Positions 25,797 to 34,476 of a stretch of DNA of 64,000 nt are shown here, in pieces. A program made the translations under genes and the position numbers. Source of the stretch: an uncultured Candidatus Saccharibacteria bacterium (GTDB lineage: Bacteria; Patescibacteriota; Minisyncoccia; Phycocordibacterales; UBA9973). Where the stretch lies: assembly GCA_964398205.1 (NCBI GenBank), contig CAYNLU010000002.1:1004-65003 (forward strand), written 5' to 3'. The notes beneath the pieces were generated by a model, which was not told the DNA's origin, did no database searches, and saw nothing but the letters and a program-made list of their open reading frames with translations. How positions within the stretch are numbered: the first letter of the stretch is position 1; each line of letters begins with the position of its first letter.

Positions 25797-27527
25797 ATGT
25801 ACTGGTTAAATGAAAATAGTAGAAAATTTTTAGCAAAGGGTTACTTAATGGAAGGCGTTACTGCAGAAGAACGTATTCGTGAAATTGCAAATATTGCAGA
25901 AAAGTATTTAAATAAGCCGGGTTTCGCAGATAAGTTTTATGATTATATGTCTCGTGGCTTTTATTCTTTAGCCTCTCCTGTTTGGTCTAACTATGGACTT
26001 AGTAGAGGGTTACCTATAAGCTGTTTTTCAAGTTTTATTGCAGACGATATGTCTCGTATACTTTTTACTCATGCTGAAGTAGGTATGATGACTAAATACG
26101 GAGGAGGTACTGCTGGTCACTTTGCAGGTCTTCGTCCTCGTGGAGCAGTTATTAAAGATAACGGGCATTCTTCAGGAGCAGTACACTTTATGGAACTTTT
26201 TGATAATCTTATAAATATAGTTAGTCAAGGTTCTGTACGTCGTGGTCATTTCGCACCTTATTTACCTGTAGAGCACGGTGATATTGAAGAATTCCTAAAT
26301 ATCGGTAAAGAAGGTCACCCTATACAAGAATCTACTTATGCGGTTACTGTTACAGATGCTTGGATTAAAGATATGGTAGGAGGAGATCAAGAAAAAAGAA
26401 AGATTTGGGCAAAAATAATTCAACGCCGAACTGAAATAGGTTATCCTTATATTTTATTCTCTGATACCGTAAACAATAACACTGTAGACGTATATAAAGA
26501 TAAAAATATGAAAATTTATGGTAGTAATCTTTGTTCAGAAATTTGTTTACCTACTAGTGATGAAATTTCTTTTGTTTGTTGTTTGTCATCTATGAATTTA
26601 CGTCACTACAAAGAATGGAAAGATACTGACGCGGTTGAAACTTTAACTATGTTCCTCGATACTGTTATTTCTGACTTTTTAGCTCGACTCGAAAGTCTAC
26701 GTGATCATGAAGATCCTCAAAAGCAAAGTGCGTTTTATTTTATGCAACGTGCATATAAATTTGCTAAAGAACACAGAGCTTTAGGTTTAGGGGTTTTAGG
26801 TTGGCACACTTTCCTTCAAGAAAACAACATTGCTTTTGAAAGCAAAGAAGCTATCGAACTTAACAAAGAAATCTTTAAATTAATTAACGAGAAATCTTAT
26901 AATGCATCAGCAGAGCTTGCGAAAGAATACGGTGAACCAGAAATTCTAAAAGGTTACGGACGTCGCAATACTACCCTTATCGCTATCGCGCCTACTACTT
27001 CTTCGGCTTTTATCTTAGGTCAAGTTTCTCAAAGTATTGAGCCTATTATGTCTAACGCTTTTGTTAAAGACGTAGACAAGATGAAAGTTACAATCAAAAA
27101 TCCTACTCTAGAAAAATTATTAGAAGAAAAAGGTATGAACACTAATGAAGTTTGGAGTAGTATTCGGGACAATGACGGCTCCGTGCAACACTTAGACGGA
27201 TTAACTGAGCACGAGAAAATGGTATTTAGAACTTTCAGCGAACTTGATCAAAAGATAATCATAGATCAAGCTTCTGATCGTCAAAAATATATCGATCAAG
27301 CTCAATCTTTAAACCTTATGATTGACCCTACTATGCCTACTAAAGACTTAAATGCGCTTTATCTCTATGCTTGGGAAAAGGGGGTTAAAACTCTTTACTA
27401 TCAACACAGTATGAATGCCGCTCAACAATTCGGACGCAAGAAATTGCAAGAAGTTGAGATGAAAAAGAAAGCTCTCAAAGAAGCAGAAGAAAACGGCTAC
27501 AACGTCTGCGTAAGTTGCGAAGGATAA
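25797..27527 (+). CDS. nrdA: class I ribonucleotide reductase catalytic subunit (NrdA-like, no ATP-cone)
   Basis: 576 aa. NLCSEI active-site motif, C-terminal CVSCEG redox cysteines. No N-terminal ATP-cone. Confidence 0.75.
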   Translation: MYWLNENSRKFLAKGYLMEGVTAEERIREIANIAEKYLNKPGFADKFYDYMSRGFYSLASPVWSNYGLSRGLPISCFSSFIADDMSRILFTHAEVGMMTKYGGGTAGHFAGLRPRGAVIKDNGHSSGAVHFMELFDNLINIVSQGSVRRGHFAPYLPVEHGDIEEFLNIGKEGHPIQESTYAVTVTDAWIKDMVGGDQEKRKIWAKIIQRRTEIGYPYILFSDTVNNNTVDVYKDKNMKIYGSNLCSEICLPTSDEISFVCCLSSMNLRHYKEWKDTDAVETLTMFLDTVISDFLARLESLRDHEDPQKQSAFYFMQRAYKFAKEHRALGLGVLGWHTFLQENNIAFESKEAIELNKEIFKLINEKSYNASAELAKEYGEPEILKGYGRRNTTLIAIAPTTSSAFILGQVSQSIEPIMSNAFVKDVDKMKVTIKNPTLEKLLEEKGMNTNEVWSSIRDNDGSVQHLDGLTEHEKMVFRTFSELDQKIIIDQASDRQKYIDQAQSLNLMIDPTMPTKDLNALYLYAWEKGVKTLYYQHSMNAAQQFGRKKLQEVEMKKKALKEAEENGYNVCVSCEG

Positions 27528-27534
27528 AAAAAAT

Positions 27535-27558
27535 AAAAAACCACATTAGTGGTTTTTT
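27535..27558. terminator. bidirectional terminator hairpin
   Basis: aaaaaaccacattagtggtttttt between the nrdA stop and the convergent cob(I)alamin adenosyltransferase gene. Confidence 0.6.
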
Positions 27559-27566
27559 ATTTTTAT

Positions 27567-28139
27567 TTATTTGTAATTTGGTTTTTTGTATGGAAAACCT
27601 TTTTTATAATTAGCATATCTAGCTAAAGCATATAGAACGCTCGATAATCTATTTAAATATTGAAGACTTATAGGATTTACTTCTTTTTCTTTTTTATCAG
27701 ATAGAATGACAAGAGATCTCTCTACCCTTCTCGAAACAGCTCTTAATACGTCCAAATATGCTCCTAATTGGGTTCCACCTGATATTATGAAGGAATCAAT
27801 CGTTGGTAAAAATTTTTCTACTTCCGAAATTCTATTTTCTAAAAAAGAAATATGATCTAATTTTAGATAAAAAGTGTCGCTTGCTAATTCCGCTTGAATA
27901 GAAAATAAATTCTCTTGTATTTCTTCCAAGAAATCTTCATAAGTAAAAATATTTTCTAAAGAAAAATTATCTTCTTTTGCTAAAGTTTTAGCAAAACCAA
28001 TACCAGAATTCAATTCATCAACATTACCTAAAGCTTCAAAGATAAAAGCTCCCTTGGTAATTCTTTCACCTGGTTTAGAATTAAATAATTTTGTCGTACC
28101 ATTATCCCCTTTTCTAGTGTATAACATATTAGATTTCAC
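27567..28139 (-). CDS. PduO-type ATP:cob(I)alamin adenosyltransferase
   Basis: 190 aa. N-terminal MLYTRKGDNGTTKLF is the PduO-type ATR signature. Overlaps the nrdJ stop by 11 nt. Confidence 0.75.
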   Translation of the reverse strand: MKSNMLYTRKGDNGTTKLFNSKPGERITKGAFIFEALGNVDELNSGIGFAKTLAKEDNFSLENIFTYEDFLEEIQENLFSIQAELASDTFYLKLDHISFLENRISEVEKFLPTIDSFIISGGTQLGAYLDVLRAVSRRVERSLVILSDKKEKEVNPISLQYLNRLSSVLYALARYANYKKGFPYKKPNYK

Positions 28140-30399
28140 AAATACCTGCTACGCAAGCAAGCTCTTTTTTAACTTCTGTTTCATCTTCTTTTTCATAAGT
28201 TACAATCTTAGAAAAATCAATTCCTTCAAAATGTTTCAACATAGATTCGTATTTTTCTTTCGTAATTTCTTCATAAGGAGCAAGCGGATAGACGTGATTA
28301 TCTCTTGGCAAAAAAGACAAACCTCCTACTAAATCCCAGTTTTCGTATATCCAGTTTGCTACCGATAACCATTCATAATCTCCAACAGAAATAGTTACAG
28401 AAGGATTATGTTCAGTATAATTAACCTTAACAGTTTTCCAATGTTCAAGCTGATCTAAAGCAGAAATATCATTTTTACAAATCGAACCTTCTGGCGCTTT
28501 TACTGGAAATTCTAATACATAAGTGGTAGCATTTTCTTCATTTTGACCAATTTCTGGGAAATATGGGACTCCTTGATCTTTTAACATTTTAAAAAGTGAA
28601 TCTGTCGCTGAAATACGAACTCTCCTGATATAGTATTCGGAATGTCTAGTATGCATACCAGAGGAACAATCTACAGTCTGAGAAACGGTACCGGAAGGCT
28701 TAACACAAGTAATACAAGTAGATTGATTGATTTCAAATTTTTTTGCGTACTTTTTATTTATTTCAATTGCATAATTTTTTAATTTTTCTAAAACTTTTCC
28801 ATCGCGAGCAACTTTTGAATCCCATTGACCAGTAACAGAAACTCCTAGCAATCTTTCTTTTTCACAATTTTTCTTCCATTCTTTTGAAAGATATGGGAAA
28901 TAAGTAAGAGTTGATTGATAAGTACCTAAAATAGTAGCTAAACGAATTTTACGCATTAAAGTTTCTTCAGTATCTTCTTTACGAGCAATAACTTCAGACA
29001 AATTACAAAATTGTTTTGATTGTAAAATAATTTCTCCACAAGGATTAGTCCCCCAAGCTGGATAAATTCCTCCTTTGAATTGATCTAATCTTCTTTTTGG
29101 TAAAGTTTTAGCTAAACTTCCACGATTAAATATTCCTCTTTCACCAGATCCGGATTTTACCAAAGCATTCCATTCATCCAAAAATTCAGAAGTAGTTGGT
29201 TTTTGTATATAAACAGCTGAATTATTTGCGAGCATTCGTTGTGACTCAGAAATATAAAATTGGCCTTTTTTAGAATCTCTTATAGCTTCATCGTCTAAAT
29301 CAGAAAGAGATATCATAGCACTACGACGCACTCCCCCAGCAACAACACATTCTCCTATTTTACAAATAATATCGTGAGCATCCATATTATTTAGTCGACG
29401 TCCTTGTCTACGCAATATTCTTTCTCGAGAAAAATTGATTAAAGATTTTAATGGTTCTGGTCCAGAGCTTTTTCCACCCATAGTTTTTAAACGAGATCCG
29501 GCTTTACGTATTTTAGAATAATCAAAATTTACATCATTACCATCAAACCAAGTTTCTAAAGCAAAAGTAAAAGCATCTGCCCAACCTTCTTTGCTATCTA
29601 AAACTACATAAGTAGGTAATATTTTTCCAGTTTGTTTTTTAATTTGTGGTAAAGCTTGAATATTTTCACTCTCAACAGACCAACCCACACCCGTACCACA
29701 CATAGATATATACATTATTTCAGCAAAGTCTTTTAAGGCTACAGGGGCAATAAAAGAACAATTGTAAGCACAAACATTAGTTTTACGAGCAGGTTTACCA
29801 GCAAACTGTACCAGCCTCATAGAAGGCATAACTTCTTGATTTAAAATAGCTTCACGAATTTCTTTATATTCAGAATCGCTCAATTTACCGTTTAAATTCT
29901 CTCTCATAAAATCAACATAACGATCAACTGTTTCTATCCAAGTTTCTCTTCGACCCTCTTCCTCAATCCATTTAGCATAAGTACGATAATAAACAAATTC
30001 AGACAAAGAATTCCGAAAATATTTTTTACTTTGATTTACCAAATCTCTAACTTTTTCTGGGACAAAACCTATCTTTTCTCTAACACTAGCTCTTTCTTTA
30101 CGATATAAAATATAAGCCTTTGCTGTTTGCAAAAAATTTGCAGAAATTAATTCATTCTCAACTATGTCCTGAATAGTTTCAACTTTTGGTATGAAGTTTT
30201 TAATTTTATTTTCTTTTTTAAGATTCAAAAGGGCCTTTAACACATTTTGCGTAATTCTTTTAGCATCCACTTCTACCCCTTCTCCGGTCGCATTTAAAGC
30301 TTTAAAAATAGCCCTAAAGATTCTGTTTTCATCGAAAGGCACAATAGAACCATCTCTTTTTTCGATGTTTAGTAGTACACTTTTTTGATTTTTTTTCAT
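28129..30399 (-). CDS. nrdJ: class II (adenosylcobalamin-dependent) ribonucleotide reductase NrdJ with N-terminal ATP-cone
   Basis: 756 aa. ATP-cone IEKRDGSIVPFDENRIFRAI, RNR barrel motifs (NPCGEI, C-terminal Cys pair). Followed by the B12 adenosyltransferase. Confidence 0.75.
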   Translation of the reverse strand: MKKNQKSVLLNIEKRDGSIVPFDENRIFRAIFKALNATGEGVEVDAKRITQNVLKALLNLKKENKIKNFIPKVETIQDIVENELISANFLQTAKAYILYRKERASVREKIGFVPEKVRDLVNQSKKYFRNSLSEFVYYRTYAKWIEEEGRRETWIETVDRYVDFMRENLNGKLSDSEYKEIREAILNQEVMPSMRLVQFAGKPARKTNVCAYNCSFIAPVALKDFAEIMYISMCGTGVGWSVESENIQALPQIKKQTGKILPTYVVLDSKEGWADAFTFALETWFDGNDVNFDYSKIRKAGSRLKTMGGKSSGPEPLKSLINFSRERILRRQGRRLNNMDAHDIICKIGECVVAGGVRRSAMISLSDLDDEAIRDSKKGQFYISESQRMLANNSAVYIQKPTTSEFLDEWNALVKSGSGERGIFNRGSLAKTLPKRRLDQFKGGIYPAWGTNPCGEIILQSKQFCNLSEVIARKEDTEETLMRKIRLATILGTYQSTLTYFPYLSKEWKKNCEKERLLGVSVTGQWDSKVARDGKVLEKLKNYAIEINKKYAKKFEINQSTCITCVKPSGTVSQTVDCSSGMHTRHSEYYIRRVRISATDSLFKMLKDQGVPYFPEIGQNEENATTYVLEFPVKAPEGSICKNDISALDQLEHWKTVKVNYTEHNPSVTISVGDYEWLSVANWIYENWDLVGGLSFLPRDNHVYPLAPYEEITKEKYESMLKHFEGIDFSKIVTYEKEDETEVKKELACVAGICEI

Positions 30400-30401
30400 T
30401 T

Positions 30402-30947
30402 TTAGATTTGCTTAGAATTCAAAAAATTCATAATGAATGAAGTTTCAAATTTTTTATTAGTAATAACAAATTTATACAAGCTAGGACTTAAAACAATAGC
30501 AAAAGAAACATTTCCCAATAAATGCCATAAGGTAAATGGGATTTGTCCTGTTAAAGCTTCTATAAAAGGTTGATTGTAGAATAACGGACCAAAAGATAAA
30601 CCAGTGATTCCGTCAAAAAACAAAGTTCCTATAATTGCGAAAGATACGTAATTCCATTTATTTTCTTTATATTTTTTAAAAAAATAAACTGCTCCAAAAC
30701 CCAAAACTCCATAAGTTGTAGCTGTTAATAATGTCCAATAACCTAATTTTTGAGTTAGTAAATCATAAATAATGATATTCAAGAAAGCAAAAAGAAAACC
30801 AGCGACGCCGCCATAAGCACGACTGAAAGGCATTTGAGTCGCTAAAATAGGTTCTATATTCGGGGGACGAAAAGGAATAAGCCTAATAAGGCTACAAGCA
30901 ACTATACCGAGAGTAAACTTAAACCAATTCTTTCTATATGTCTCCAT
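30402..30947 (-). CDS. small polytopic membrane protein (possible ECF-type vitamin S-component; cobalamin uptake?)
   Basis: 181 aa, ~5 TM helices. 3 nt upstream of nrdJ in the same operon. S-component assignment rests on size, topology and context only. Confidence 0.35.
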   Translation of the reverse strand: METYRKNWFKFTLGIVACSLIRLIPFRPPNIEPILATQMPFSRAYGGVAGFLFAFLNIIIYDLLTQKLGYWTLLTATTYGVLGFGAVYFFKKYKENKWNYVSFAIIGTLFFDGITGLSFGPLFYNQPFIEALTGQIPFTLWHLLGNVSFAIVLSPSLYKFVITNKKFETSFIMNFLNSKQI

Positions 30948-31121
30948 AAATATATTTAATTATTAATAATAATAGTTTTATAAAAAACTACTCGTGTATC
31001 AATTATAATCAACATGTCTCAGTAAAGGAAGGGTGGATAACTTATAGTAAAAAACCCTTAAAAATACAAGACGGCTTAAAAACAATAGACACAAATCCTG
31101 ATATTTTGTTATACTTAATAA

Positions 31122-31586
31122 GTGGAAAATAATAATAAACTATCTTGGGCTGTGCCTGCATATAATCACTCTAAAAAAAGCATTGATTGGTTTTGGGCTT
31201 TAGGTCTTATTGTATTAGTTGGAGCAATAACTTCCTTTATTTTTGATAATTACTTTTTTTCTATTTTACTTGTATTAGGAGGAATACTTATGGGTCACTT
31301 TGCAAACGAAGAACCTGAAACTCTATATTATGAATTGAACGAAAAAGGTTTAACTATCAAAGACCGCATATATCCTTTTAAGGCAATCAAATCTTATTAC
31401 ATAAACACTGAAAAGAACCCTACCCTATTTATTAAAACAGACAGGTTCTTCTTGCCTGTAATACCAGTCGCTATTAACCTAAATGTGGCTCAAAAAATCA
31501 ACGAAATATTTGAAAAAGAAGGTATAGAAGTAGAAGAAATGAGTGAAGGGCCAATAGAGCAAATAATGGATATGATAGGTTACTAA
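31122..31586 (+). CDS. hypothetical membrane protein
   Basis: 154 aa with two N-terminal TM helices. Confidence 0.4.
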   Translation: MENNNKLSWAVPAYNHSKKSIDWFWALGLIVLVGAITSFIFDNYFFSILLVLGGILMGHFANEEPETLYYELNEKGLTIKDRIYPFKAIKSYYINTEKNPTLFIKTDRFFLPVIPVAINLNVAQKINEIFEKEGIEVEEMSEGPIEQIMDMIGY

Positions 31587-31640
31587 CTAGATTTTTTTAT
31601 TAAAACCTGATAAGGTATTCTAAGTAAGTCTTTTAGATTT

Positions 31641-31712
31641 GCTTCCGTCGTTCAATGGATAGGACGCAACTTTGCGGAAGTTGTGATGCAGGTTCGATTC
31701 CTGCCGGGAGCA
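31641..31712 (+). tRNA. tRNA-Arg (anticodon GCG)
   Basis: Cloverleaf: acceptor GCTTCCG/CGGGAGC, D-stem GTTC/GGAC, anticodon stem CAACT/AGTTG with loop TTGCGGA, T-arm GCAGG-TTCGATT-CCTGC. 72 nt, no encoded CCA. Confidence 0.75.
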
Positions 31713-31715
31713 CAA

Positions 31716-32435
31716 ATGATATTTCCTATACGTATAAATAAATATTTAAGTGAAAAGGGTTATGCGACCCGCAGAGAAGCCGATAGACTTATCGAAGATG
31801 GTAAGGTTTTTTTAAATGGCAAGAAGGCTAAGCTCGGAGATAAAGTAAACGAGAGCGATAAAGTAGAACTCAAAGGTGAGAAAAAAGTTTATTCATATTA
31901 CGCTTATAATAAAGCTCGCGGAGTATTAACTAACAAAGATAACGAAGAAGACCAAGATATTAAAAATGCTTTAAAAAAGGAAAACTTAAAAGAAAACATC
32001 TTCCCTATTGGCAGATTAGACAAAGATTCTCACGGGCTTATAATACTCACTAATGATGGGCGAATTACAGATAAATTGTTAAATCCAGACTACTATCACG
32101 AAAAAGAATACGTGGTAAAAACCAAAAATAAATTAAGAAATAATTTTAAAGAAAAGATGGAGGCTGGAGTTATACTTAAAGGCAATAAAAATACGAAAGA
32201 CTATAAAACTAAACCTTGTAAAGTTAAAATCATAAACGATTATACTTTTAGTATAATTTTAACCGAAGGCAAAAAACATCAAATTCGCCGCATGTGTGAC
32301 GCACTCTTTGCAGAAGTTTTAGAGCTTAAAAGAGTTCGAATTATGAATATCGAACTAAAAAAACTTCAAGCAAATTCTATACGCAAAATCGAAGGTAAAG
32401 AATTAGAAACTTTCTTGAAAAGCTTAGGATTTTAA
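31716..32435 (+). CDS. RluB/RsuA-family pseudouridine synthase (S4 domain + PseudoU_synth_2)
   Basis: Start moved to ATG 31716 to clear the tRNA. S4 motif INKYLSEKGYATRREADRLIEDGKVFLNG. Catalytic GRLDKDSHGLIILTNDG. Confidence 0.75.
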   Translation: MIFPIRINKYLSEKGYATRREADRLIEDGKVFLNGKKAKLGDKVNESDKVELKGEKKVYSYYAYNKARGVLTNKDNEEDQDIKNALKKENLKENIFPIGRLDKDSHGLIILTNDGRITDKLLNPDYYHEKEYVVKTKNKLRNNFKEKMEAGVILKGNKNTKDYKTKPCKVKIINDYTFSIILTEGKKHQIRRMCDALFAEVLELKRVRIMNIELKKLQANSIRKIEGKELETFLKSLGF

Positions 32436-32692
32436 TCCTCAGCCCACTCTTTAAGCTCTTTATAAGTAGCTTCTCCACAAATAAATTTTTTATTTTTAGT
32501 ATTATAGAAAAACGGTACCCCCCCGCAAAGATCTTTGTCTAACTCTAAAAGTCTTTTTTCATTTTCTTCATTGTGCCAAACTTCTAAAGCTTCTACCTTG
32601 ATTCCCTTTTCCTTTTCGAGCTTAACTACAAGTTTATGCATATCTAAACAATGAGGACATTCTTCTCCATAAAATTCTAATAAATGTGACAT
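32432..32692 (-). CDS. glutaredoxin/thioredoxin-like small redox protein
   Basis: 86 aa. CPHC active site near the N-terminus. Confidence 0.6.
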   Translation of the reverse strand: MSHLLEFYGEECPHCLDMHKLVVKLEKEKGIKVEALEVWHNEENEKRLLELDKDLCGGVPFFYNTKNKKFICGEATYKELKEWAED

Positions 32693-32722
32693 ACTTATAT
32701 TATATAAAAAATATCACAAATT

Positions 32723-32746
32723 AAAAACTCCCTTATGGGAGTTTTT
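32723..32746 (-). terminator. rho-independent terminator downstream of rpsT
   Basis: aaaaactccc-ttat-gggagttttt hairpin with flanking T-run on the minus strand. Confidence 0.6.
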
Positions 32747-32748
32747 AA

Positions 32749-33000
32749 TTATTTTACTAATTTAGTTAAGCGAGATTTCTTGCGAGAAGCGTTATTTTTC
32801 TTAATAACTCCTCTTTTCGCTGCTTTATCGATTGCTTGATAAGCTTGAGAAAGTATCTTTTCTGCTTCTTTTTTGTCTTTTTTAGCAGTTTTTTCGATTT
32901 TCTTGATAAGCTCTTTCATAACCTTCTTGCGACGGTCATTAACAGCCTTTTTACGAGAAGAAACTCGAATATTCTTTTTTGCTGATTTTGTTATTGGCAT
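32749..33000 (-). CDS. rpsT: 30S ribosomal protein S20
   Basis: 83 aa, very basic. MPITKSAKKNIRVSSRKKAVNDRRKK...AKRGVIKKNNASRKKSRL is S20-like. Confidence 0.8.
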   Translation of the reverse strand: MPITKSAKKNIRVSSRKKAVNDRRKKVMKELIKKIEKTAKKDKKEAEKILSQAYQAIDKAAKRGVIKKNNASRKKSRLTKLVK

Positions 33001-33054
33001 AAAACTAATATAACAGAAAAATTGAGAAAAGGCAAATTTTAAAAGAAAATTTTA

Positions 33055-33450
33055 TTACAAGAAATTAATAGTAAAATTATACATACCCATACTACAAGTA
33101 CCGGTTAAAGGCACACCAGAAACAGGCACACCAATATCAATAACCTCTTCTCCAGTTTGAGGTAGGATCTTTTGATAGTTAATAGACCTAATAGTTAAAG
33201 CAGCAGAACAATCAAAAACTCCGTTAGTCTTCACGATGAGCTTAGTAGGAATACCGGCTTTTGCTTGTGTGACTCTAGGAAAGTAACCTCCTCCTGCATT
33301 AATAGTGATATATTGAACCCCATCAATAATTTCTACTTTTTGCTGGTTTTGCTCTATGTTATTATTTGGTTTATTTTTTATAATTAGAGCTAAACCTACC
33401 AATAACAACACAGCTACTATACTCAGGAAAATTTTTGAATTAAATTTCAT
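33055..33450 (-). CDS. secreted small protein, possibly metal-binding (Cys/Met motifs)
   Basis: 131 aa. Signal peptide. DCS...CSMGMY. Last gene of the copper operon. Confidence 0.35.
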   Translation of the reverse strand: MKFNSKIFLSIVAVLLLVGLALIIKNKPNNNIEQNQQKVEIIDGVQYITINAGGGYFPRVTQAKAGIPTKLIVKTNGVFDCSAALTIRSINYQKILPQTGEEVIDIGVPVSGVPLTGTCSMGMYNFTINFL

Positions 33451-33459
33451 ATTTCTAAA

Positions 33460-34467
33460 TTATATATTAAATAACGGATTAATAATACCCAAAGCGACAA
33501 GCCCACCCAAAAATGCAAATAAACCGAGTCCTATCACGACTATTCCAGCAGATTTAAAGAAAAGATTAGCATACTTGGAATTAGCAAAAGAAGACGAACC
33601 AAAAGACAATAATAGAAGTACCGGCAAAGTCCCTAAAGCAAAAGCAAACATAATTAAACTTCCATTAAGAAATGATCCACTCGATAGAGCCACAACTTGC
33701 ATCGATTGAGTAAAACCACAAGGCAAGAAAAAAGTACCAAAACCAACGAGCAAAGGAGTGAGAGTTTTATGTTCTATTTTTCTAAAGAATTTAAAAATCC
33801 CAGAGTGCAATACGATTTTATTCTTTGAAAATACTCCCACCAAATTCAAACCGAGGAATATCATGACGATAGATGCGATTATACCCAAAATAGCAGTCAA
33901 GGTAAAATTAATACCAATAATATTTCCCACTAACCCCAAAGCTCCACCGAGCAAACCGAAACTAACTAATCTCCCAACGTGGAACAAAATGAAGGTTCTC
34001 TTGTCGCTCACATTGTCTTGAGACATCTTGGCGGACAAAGACAATACGAGCCCTCCAACAATAGCCAAACACGAAGACACTGAAGCTATAAGTCCGATAA
34101 TAAAACTTGTAATTGGTGTAGTTTTGCCTCCAATACCTAAGTTTAAAATTCCAGATTTTTGAAGCATAAAGAAAAGCGCTAAAAAACCTAAGCCGATAGG
34201 TATTGCTTGCCATAAAATATCATTGCTCTTTTTTTCTACTTTAAGATTCTCAGCTGAAAGAATATAGCCATTGGTTTTAATAAGACTCCCCAGTATTTCA
34301 ATTAACTCTTCTTTACTTTTCGGACTATCAGTCTCAATATCTACTGTCTTAGTTTTTAAATTAACTTCTACTTTTTTTACTATATCCTCTTCCCCTAAAA
34401 CATCTTCAATTAATATTTTGCAAGATGCACAATGTGTCCCCGAAACATGAAATGTATATTTATTCAT
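33460..34467 (-). CDS. HMA (heavy-metal-associated) domain fused to CcdA/DsbD-like transmembrane protein
   Basis: 335 aa. N-terminal GTHCASCK HMA motif. Polytopic membrane domain with conserved Cys (SVSSCLAIVGG, FFLPCGFTQ). Confidence 0.6.
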   Translation of the reverse strand: MNKYTFHVSGTHCASCKILIEDVLGEEDIVKKVEVNLKTKTVDIETDSPKSKEELIEILGSLIKTNGYILSAENLKVEKKSNDILWQAIPIGLGFLALFFMLQKSGILNLGIGGKTTPITSFIIGLIASVSSCLAIVGGLVLSLSAKMSQDNVSDKRTFILFHVGRLVSFGLLGGALGLVGNIIGINFTLTAILGIIASIVMIFLGLNLVGVFSKNKIVLHSGIFKFFRKIEHKTLTPLLVGFGTFFLPCGFTQSMQVVALSSGSFLNGSLIMFAFALGTLPVLLLLSFGSSSFANSKYANLFFKSAGIVVIGLGLFAFLGGLVALGIINPLFNI

Positions 34468-34476
34468 AAATTTATT

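Noticed and set aside
30948-31121. Cobalamin riboswitch upstream of the nrdJ operon
   Set aside because: Region is AT-rich with no B12-box-like GC-rich core visible.
31683-32435. ORF-track start of the pseudouridine synthase at 31683 (MMQVRFLPGAQ...)
   Set aside because: That N-terminal extension is the T-arm and acceptor stem of tRNA-Arg read as protein. The ATG at 31716 gives the canonical S4-domain start.
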